NCBI GenBank assembly: GCA_031367485.1
Contig: JANLPX010000087.1
Span: 3,477-67,476 of the forward strand
Length of the DNA stretch: 64,000 bases
From: Alphaproteobacteria bacterium
GTDB taxonomy: Bacteria > Pseudomonadota > Alphaproteobacteria > Caulobacterales > Caulobacteraceae
Direction: 5' to 3'
Part shown: piece after piece, positions 58,319 to 64,000 of the stretch
Layout: each line of letters opens with the position of its first letter
Numbering within the stretch: the stretch's first letter is position 1
Translations under genes and position numbers: made by a program
Notes under the pieces: model-generated
Databases searched by the model: none
Told to the model about the DNA's origin: nothing
Seen by the model: the letters and a program-made list of their open reading frames with translations, nothing else

Positions 58319-59125
58319 TCACGCAGCCTGTCGGGCACTGCGGGGATGGAAAAACAATGCCTGTCCAATAGCCGCCTTCACGGTTTCAGGTTGGAACGGC
58401 TTTGTAATTAGGAAAGTTGGTTCTGGCCGCTCACCGGTAAGCAGGCGCTCAGGGAACGCAGTGATGAAAATCACGGGGACATCGAACATTGCCAGAATGT
58501 CCTTTACCGCGTCGATGCCCGACGAGCCGTCGGCTAGCTGAATATCGGCTAAAACCAGCCCCGGACGCCGGCGTTCGGCGGCGACAACGGCTTCATCTCT
58601 GGTGGCAGCAATATCGGTGACAACATGCCCGAGTTCTGTCACCAGCGCCTCAATGTCAGCTGAGATGACCGGTTCATCCTCGATAATGAGAACATCAGTC
58701 GCGAGCTCCGCTTCGATTTCCGACTGCGCCAACGTGATCAAGCGTTCAACCTCTGGGAAACCGACTCCTAAAATCTGCGCCGCCTCCGTCGCCGAAAATC
58801 CCTCCAACGCAGTAAGCAGGAAAGCTTGGCGAGAGCGGGGGGCTATTCGCATGATCCGCCGATGTGGATCTGGTTGGAGGCCTCGGCCGTCATCCAGGCG
58901 CGCCTCGAGGCGCGCGCTGGGTGAACCCCAGATGGTTTGAAATGCGTGATAGAGGCTAACCCGTACGGACCACTGAGCGCTGAGTGGGCGTTCTCCTGCA
59001 GCCAGCGCTTGGAGCGTGGTTCGAACATAATGATCCCCCGCTTCCTGACCGCCTGTGAGAGCCCGCGCATAACGACGCAAGTAAGGCAGATGTGGACCGA
59101 GGCGACCGAGGAGGCTCAAGTTCAA
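58319..59125 (-). CDS. phyR: Anti-anti-sigma response regulator PhyR
   Basis: Sigma-like N-domain LPYLRRYARALTG plus receiver IEDE, LADIQLADGSSG, FITAFPERLLTG.RPEP. Confidence 0.95.
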   Translation of the reverse strand: MNLSLLGRLGPHLPYLRRYARALTGGQEAGDHYVRTTLQALAAGERPLSAQWSVRVSLYHAFQTIWGSPSARLEARLDDGRGLQPDPHRRIMRIAPRSRQAFLLTALEGFSATEAAQILGVGFPEVERLITLAQSEIEAELATDVLIIEDEPVISADIEALVTELGHVVTDIAATRDEAVVAAERRRPGLVLADIQLADGSSGIDAVKDILAMFDVPVIFITAFPERLLTGERPEPTFLITKPFQPETVKAAIGQALFFHPRSARQAA

Positions 59126-59192
59126 TTCACTCCCTAAGCGAAATGTAAACCCAGACCGGAGCGCCCGAATTCACAAAAGTCCGCGCGAGCGA

Positions 59193-59217
59193 AACGCTTT
59201 GCAAAGCCTGAGGTTCC
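59193..59217 (-). promoter_or_regulatory. SigT promoter of phyR
   Basis: GGAAC-N16-CGTT on the minus strand. Confidence 0.8.
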
Positions 59218-59254
59218 CATTTCCTACGAATATACGCATTCTGGCCGCTCGACG

Positions 59255-59279
59255 GGAACCGCCGGTCAACCGAAACGTT
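59255..59279 (+). promoter_or_regulatory. SigT promoter of nepR-sigT
   Basis: GGAAC-N16-CGTT. Confidence 0.8.
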
Positions 59280-59330
59280 GATCGACAGCGAGAACCAGTC
59301 GGGATTTCGCTAAGTCTGGATGCTCCGAGC

Positions 59331-59519
59331 ATGATCGAACAACAACGAACGAAGGATTACGACACAATTTCTAGCCTGGCTGATGATGCGCGTATGCGTC
59401 AACAAGCTATTGGAGTGCGACTGCGTCAGCTTTTTGACGACGTTGTGAACGAGCCGGTGCCTGAAGAGTTCCTCGATATACTTCGCGATGCGGACAAGCG
59501 ATCGACGGAGGGTAGCTGA
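59331..59519 (+). CDS. nepR: Anti-sigma factor NepR
   Basis: IGVRLRQLFDDVVNEPVPEEFLDIL core. The start must lie after the promoter at 59255-59279. Confidence 0.9.
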   Translation: MIEQQRTKDYDTISSLADDARMRQQAIGVRLRQLFDDVVNEPVPEEFLDILRDADKRSTEGS

Positions 59520-60124
59520 TGCTGGCCACTTCCCCGGCCAAGCATATTCACGACACGCTAGGTGATGAGGAATTTAAACGAGAACTCGTAGCCCTGATCC
59601 CGCATTTGCGAGCCTTCGCGCGAACACTCACCGGAAATCCAACCTCCGCCGATGATTTGGCACAAGACGCGATGTTGAAGGCCTGGGACGCTCGAGGGTC
59701 CTACCAAATGGGCACCCACATGAAGGCCTGGACTTTCATGATCCTTCGAAATCAATTTTACTCAGATCGTCGCAGATCTTGGCGGCAGGTTCAGTTGGAT
59801 CAAGAGGCCGCGGAGCGTACGCTTGTGGCCATCGACGATCCCGCAAGTCCACTGGCGCTTGACGAGTTGCGGTTGGCCTTGGCGATGCTCCCGCTAGAGC
59901 AGCGCGAAGCCTTGATCCTCGTTGGTGCCGGAGGTTTTGCCTATGAAGAGGCGGCCGCGATATGTGAATGCGCAGTAGGAACGGTTAAGAGTCGCGTTAG
60001 TCGCGCGCGTCGTGCGCTGCAAGCAATCCTGGATGGTGGTGCATATGAGCGCGATGGTAAGTCCGCCGGCGACGCCATGGCTGCTATCCTTGCAGACGCG
60101 GAGCGGCTCTCTTCTGCCCGATGA
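59519..60124 (+). CDS. sigT: General stress ECF sigma factor SigT/EcfG (ECF15)
   Basis: LRAFAR.L, AWTFMILRNQFYS, GTVKSRVSRAR; downstream of nepR. Confidence 0.93.
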   Translation: MLATSPAKHIHDTLGDEEFKRELVALIPHLRAFARTLTGNPTSADDLAQDAMLKAWDARGSYQMGTHMKAWTFMILRNQFYSDRRRSWRQVQLDQEAAERTLVAIDDPASPLALDELRLALAMLPLEQREALILVGAGGFAYEEAAAICECAVGTVKSRVSRARRALQAILDGGAYERDGKSAGDAMAAILADAERLSSAR

Positions 60125-60139
60125 CAGATCAAACGCGAC

Positions 60140-61858
60140 ATGAACAGCTCCCCATGGGGTTCTTTGTCGACGATACGTATCCGGCTTACGGCGGCGCTTG
60201 CGGCTGCACTGTTGCCCGTCCTGATACTAGGCGGTGTGCAGTCCAGTCTGGCCTTCAAGCGCGAAGCTGAGGCTAAGCGAGAGAGTCTAGCCGCGGCGGC
60301 TGAGCGTTCCGCGTCGACCGCAAGAGCTCGCATGGAAGCCGCAGACATCTTGCTCCAGACTCTGGCTCCTGGGTCAGTGGGTGCCCAGTGCGTACAGCGT
60401 TTGGTGCAAGTGACTGAACGGATCCCGGGCTACGCCAACTTGATACGCTTCGACAGGATCGGCAGGGTCGCTTGCGCTGCAGGCGACGTTCCACAAGATC
60501 CAATGCGCGGACGTCAACCGTGGTTTGAAGCCTTGGAGCGTGGCGACCGATTGGTGATCACCCGCGACCCTGGCGCAAACTATGCAGCGGAGCCTGCACT
60601 ATTGGCCGCCGTCAGAGACACCGCTCCAGATCACAGCTTCGATGGCGCGCTGGTCGCTGTAATTACACTGAGAAGCTTGGCTCCAAGCCTGACCGACCGC
60701 GCCTTGCCGGCAAAATCTGAAGTGGCTCTGGCCGGTGCCGACGGACAATACATCAATTTTACCAATCCTGACGCGTTTGCAGCCCTTCCCTCAAACTGGA
60801 AAACCCAGGCAGATGATAGGGGTTCTCTCGTTTGGTATGCTGCCGACCGTCGTGGGGAACGCAGAGTCTATTCCGCAGCACCGCTGGTCGGTGAAGATCT
60901 CTATGTGATCCTATCGGCACGATCCGAAGGCCTTTTCTCATGGGCCCAGCTAAATCCCCTGACGGGTCTGGCCTATCCTATTCTGACTTTTGCCTTGGCG
61001 TTGGTCGCCGTGATGGTCGCAACCGAGCGGGTGGTGATCCGGTGGATCGCTTACCTGCAGCGCATCGCAGCGCTCTACGGCAAAGGAAGATACTCTGTCA
61101 GAGCCTTGCAAGCAGATCGTGCACCACCTGAGATACGAGATTTGGCTCAAACGCTCGAAGATATGGCCGATGCCATCGTTGCGAGGGATGGCTCTCTACG
61201 GGAAAGCCTCGCCCAGAAAGACTCTTTGATGCGGGAAATCCACCATCGCGTTAAGAATAATCTTCAGGTGATTTCGTCCTTGCTCAACATTCAGCAGCGC
61301 GCGCTGACGGATCCTACAGCGCGTTCAGCCATGTCCGATACTCGCCAGCGCATAACGGCCTTGGCGCTGATATATCGGGCCCTTTATCAAGGCATTGATA
61401 TCAAGAAGGTGGACCTTAGGGCGTTCCTAGAAGAACTGACTGCCCAGCTGATTTCCTCCGAAACCCTTCGTGGCTTGGCAGTGGAGACGGAGATTAGGGC
61501 GGACACGCTTGTGATTGATCCAGACCGTTTGGCCCCGCTGGCTCTGTTTGCAGTAGAGGCCATAACAAATGCGCAGAAGCACGCCTTTGCTGGGCGGGGG
61601 GGCAAGCTAACGGTCGATCTCGCGGTAAATCTCAGTGAGGCCGTATTGAGCATTAGCGACGATGGCCCCGCCTCAGAAGATGCGATCAGCGGTCAGGGCG
61701 TTGGGCGAACACTTATGATTGCGTTTGCGCGACAACTTCGCGGATTCAGCGAACTGGTTCGTAATGACAAGGGTGGTGTCACCGCGCGCCTGGTGTTCCC
61801 CATTCAAAGCAATGAGCGGTCGATCAAACCCCCCAAGCCGGCCCGGGCGGCGGCCTGA
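60140..61858 (+). CDS. phyK: Membrane sensor histidine kinase (HisKA_2), PhyK-like
   Basis: Two TM segments, periplasmic domain with Cys residues, EIHHRVKNNLQ, EAITNAQKHA; follows sigT. Confidence 0.8.
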   Translation: MNSSPWGSLSTIRIRLTAALAAALLPVLILGGVQSSLAFKREAEAKRESLAAAAERSASTARARMEAADILLQTLAPGSVGAQCVQRLVQVTERIPGYANLIRFDRIGRVACAAGDVPQDPMRGRQPWFEALERGDRLVITRDPGANYAAEPALLAAVRDTAPDHSFDGALVAVITLRSLAPSLTDRALPAKSEVALAGADGQYINFTNPDAFAALPSNWKTQADDRGSLVWYAADRRGERRVYSAAPLVGEDLYVILSARSEGLFSWAQLNPLTGLAYPILTFALALVAVMVATERVVIRWIAYLQRIAALYGKGRYSVRALQADRAPPEIRDLAQTLEDMADAIVARDGSLRESLAQKDSLMREIHHRVKNNLQVISSLLNIQQRALTDPTARSAMSDTRQRITALALIYRALYQGIDIKKVDLRAFLEELTAQLISSETLRGLAVETEIRADTLVIDPDRLAPLALFAVEAITNAQKHAFAGRGGKLTVDLAVNLSEAVLSISDDGPASEDAISGQGVGRTLMIAFARQLRGFSELVRNDKGGVTARLVFPIQSNERSIKPPKPARAAA

Positions 61859-61863
61859 AGACC

Positions 61864-62694
61864 CTAGGCTGCCGACTGGTAGGCCGGATCGCGAGAATAG
61901 ACTTCTCTCTGGTCTGGGAGTCTAAGGAACCCATCTCCAAGTCCGGCAGCAGCCTCGTCTTGGCTGACGACAAGATAGCCCTGCGGGCTCAATGCGCGCG
62001 CTAGGTTTCTGAGCAAGATCGGCCGCGCAGCTTGAGTCATGGAGCCCAATACGTGGCGGCAGAAAATTACGTCAAACCGTCCGGCCGCTGACAGATCAGA
62101 AACCAAATTGATCCGCCTCCAACGCACCATCTGGCGAATTCGAGGTGTCAATTGCCAGTTGTCGTCAACCTTTTCGAAATAGCGGACCAGCCGTCGCACA
62201 GACAAACCTCGCTGAATTTCGAACTGCGTATAGAGGCCGCTTTGAGCCTTCTCAAGCGCACGATCGGAGATATCCGAGCCAAAGAGTTCGATCCGGGTCT
62301 TAGGGGACAAGGCACCTCGCTCCTCGTCAACCGTCATCGCGAGAGAATAGATTTCCTGACCTGGCCCACAGGCGGCGCTCCACACCCGGATTGGCTCCTC
62401 ACCCCGAATTCGCGACAGGCTTGGCAGAATCACCGAGCGAAAAGTCTCAAATGTCCCATGATCCCTGAAGAATGCCGTCTCGCCAGCCGACATAGCTTCG
62501 ACGACGCTCCAGGCTAGACTATCTTCGGGACGGACCTTGATCGTCGCCATGAGCTCCGAAATTGACCCAAAGCCCTCTCGACGCGCGATAGGACCCAATC
62601 GACTCTCAATCAGATAGGTTTTTCGCGAATCTACAGCCAAGCCAGATCGCGATGCGCAGAGTTCTGCTACGAGTTCGTAGTCTTCAGGCCTCAT
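61864..62694 (-). CDS. cheR: Chemotaxis protein-glutamate methyltransferase
   Basis: ETAFFRD, RVWSAAC..GQE.YS, FDVIFCR. Confidence 0.92.
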   Translation of the reverse strand: MRPEDYELVAELCASRSGLAVDSRKTYLIESRLGPIARREGFGSISELMATIKVRPEDSLAWSVVEAMSAGETAFFRDHGTFETFRSVILPSLSRIRGEEPIRVWSAACGPGQEIYSLAMTVDEERGALSPKTRIELFGSDISDRALEKAQSGLYTQFEIQRGLSVRRLVRYFEKVDDNWQLTPRIRQMVRWRRINLVSDLSAAGRFDVIFCRHVLGSMTQAARPILLRNLARALSPQGYLVVSQDEAAAGLGDGFLRLPDQREVYSRDPAYQSAA

Positions 62695-63056
62695 GTTAGC
62701 CCAGCCTCAGCAAACTTTGACGCGATGATGTCGCCGTCAAAGGGCTTCATGATGTATTCCTGCGCGCCAGCTTCCAACGCCTCGTTGATGCGGTCCAAGT
62801 CGTTCTCAACTGTGCAGAAGACCACCGATGGCACGTCGCCGCCCGGCTCTTGGCGCAGCCGACGCAGGAACTCAATGCCATTCATCACGGGCATATTCCA
62901 GTCGAGCAGGATGGCATCTGGCATCGCGGCGCGACACCAAGCAAGCGCCTCCATCCCGTCGGACGCCTCGGCAATTTCAAAGCCGATGTCCTCCAGAATG
63001 CGCCGGGCCACCTTGCGGATCACCCGGCTGTCATCGACCACTAGGCAGGTCTTCAA
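62691..63056 (-). CDS. cheY: Single-domain CheY-like response regulator
   Basis: VVDDS, LLDWNMP, KPF. TTG start 63056 after SD GGAGG. Confidence 0.88.
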   Translation of the reverse strand: MKTCLVVDDSRVIRKVARRILEDIGFEIAEASDGMEALAWCRAAMPDAILLDWNMPVMNGIEFLRRLRQEPGGDVPSVVFCTVENDLDRINEALEAGAQEYIMKPFDGDIIASKFAEAGLT

Positions 63057-63091
63057 CCGATCTCCTCCATGAGAACGGTTTTGACGCAAGG

Positions 63092-63099
63092 ATGGTTAA
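63092..63099 (-). promoter_or_regulatory. CtrA half-site
   Basis: TTAACCAT upstream of cheY-cheR. Confidence 0.4.
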
Positions 63100-63132
63100 G
63101 GAGGGGTTTGGACGCTGGACCTCATATCGGGA

Positions 63133-63822
63133 TTAGGTTGGGATTGATGCGCTGAAGACGACCACATCATCGGTAATTTGGCCCGAAACCTGCCCGCCAA
63201 CGTCGCCGACAACCAAACTGACATAATAGGCCTGGACCCAATGGCCGTGCAGTCCCTCGGTCATGGCATGGCCTTTCAACCCCTCCAGAACCTCTGGGCG
63301 AATCCGAGCCTTTGGACCAACGGCATCAATGACAATCGATGCTACGCCGTCCTGCTCAGAGACCCTGACCGTTGCAGTGCCGCCCAGCGGCAAGGCGGCA
63401 CCCGCCAATTGCGCCAAGTTCAGCACAGTGCGGGCGGCAGGCTTGGAGAGGGTTGGGGCTAAGACCTGCCAGTCCAACTGAGCTTTCATATGGTTGAAAA
63501 TCCCCTGGCTCAGCTTGGCGAGTTCCCGGGGGTCGAACGTCTCGGCCGATGCAGACGCACCAAAGGCAATCCGGGTGAACGCCAACAAGTCTGCAAGCTT
63601 GCGACCCGATCCAGCGATCAAGGACATAGCGTCTTCGCGCATGTCCGCCATGGTCGGATCATCAAGCAGATCCAGACCAGATACAATGGCGCTCGCCGGG
63701 CTGATAAAGTCGTGACACATCCGCGCGGCCAGATAGGCCGCGACCTCAGCTGTTCGTGGCGGCGGTACCTCAAATTCACCGATGGGGAAGGTTTCGTCGT
63801 GCGAGAGGGCGGGTTCACTCAT
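63133..63822 (-). CDS. chpT: Histidine phosphotransferase ChpT
   Basis: RMCHDFISPASAIVSGLDLL, F.RIAFGAS, degenerate CA domain. Confidence 0.93.
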   Translation of the reverse strand: MSEPALSHDETFPIGEFEVPPPRTAEVAAYLAARMCHDFISPASAIVSGLDLLDDPTMADMREDAMSLIAGSGRKLADLLAFTRIAFGASASAETFDPRELAKLSQGIFNHMKAQLDWQVLAPTLSKPAARTVLNLAQLAGAALPLGGTATVRVSEQDGVASIVIDAVGPKARIRPEVLEGLKGHAMTEGLHGHWVQAYYVSLVVGDVGGQVSGQITDDVVVFSASIPT

Positions 63823-63886
63823 GATTTACTGAATCTGGCCTGATTTGGCGCTTTGGCAAACCACACTGGCCGTTTAGGTACCGGCC

Positions 63887-64000
63887 ATGGAATTTCATCA
63901 AAATGTCGGGCCGATCCTTGCAGACATCTGTGAGGAAGCGGCGCGCCTGATCCTGCCACTTTGGAAATCAGGTCTAACTGTCCACACCAAGGCCGACGAA
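63887..64000 (+). CDS. cysQ: 3'(2'),5'-bisphosphate nucleotidase, N-terminal fragment (runs off window)
   Basis: Manual translation MEFHQNVGPILADICEEAARLILPLWKSGLTVHTKADE resembles the inositol monophosphatase/CysQ N-terminus. Confidence 0.65.
   Translation, partial: MEFHQNVGPILADICEEAARLILPLWKSGLTVHTKADE

Noticed and set aside
59199-59330. Long NepR N-terminus in the track
   Set aside because: It overlaps the divergent SigT promoters, so the real start is downstream (about 59331).
1-64000. Defence island, prophage or mobile element
   Set aside because: No nuclease, integrase, transposase or phage structural genes were recognised, and there is no obvious compositional island.

Overview
A GC-rich (roughly 60% by eye) alphaproteobacterial chromosome segment, most likely Caulobacteraceae (Caulobacter/Phenylobacterium-like). 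This rests on the chpT-cheY-cheR, phyK-sigT-nepR-phyR, hisS-hisZ-hisG, sigF-nrsF and nrdA-ompA gene sets and on CtrA, SigT and SigF promoter motifs. It is almost all core genes: nrdA, putA, an OmpA with a 28-Pro linker, two Kef antiporters, PCuAC, an M13 peptidase, his genes, pgi, a DsbD/ScsB-type reductase, aguAB with an Oar-like TonB receptor, msrA/sigF/nrsF, scoAB, a CpaL/TadG-like vWA protein, alpha-2-macroglobulin/PBP1C, can-maiA-FAH, a serralysin-like RTX protease, a MarR module and the general stress response locus. I saw no tRNA, rRNA, IS element, prophage or CRISPR array. The most interesting signals are non-coding and missing from the ORF track. (1) A His-rich leader peptide with mutually exclusive hairpins and a second, SD-occluded uORF ending 9 nt before hisS, suggesting a His-sensing attenuation relay. 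(2) A 120-bp, ~91% identical duplication of the nrdA promoter (NrdR, GANTC and CtrA sites) flanking a ~340-bp hairpin-rich spacer. (3) A probable CrfA-like sponge sRNA downstream of hisG. (4) A probable GsrN sRNA with a consensus SigT promoter. Family calls come from motif recognition by eye; no database searches were run.
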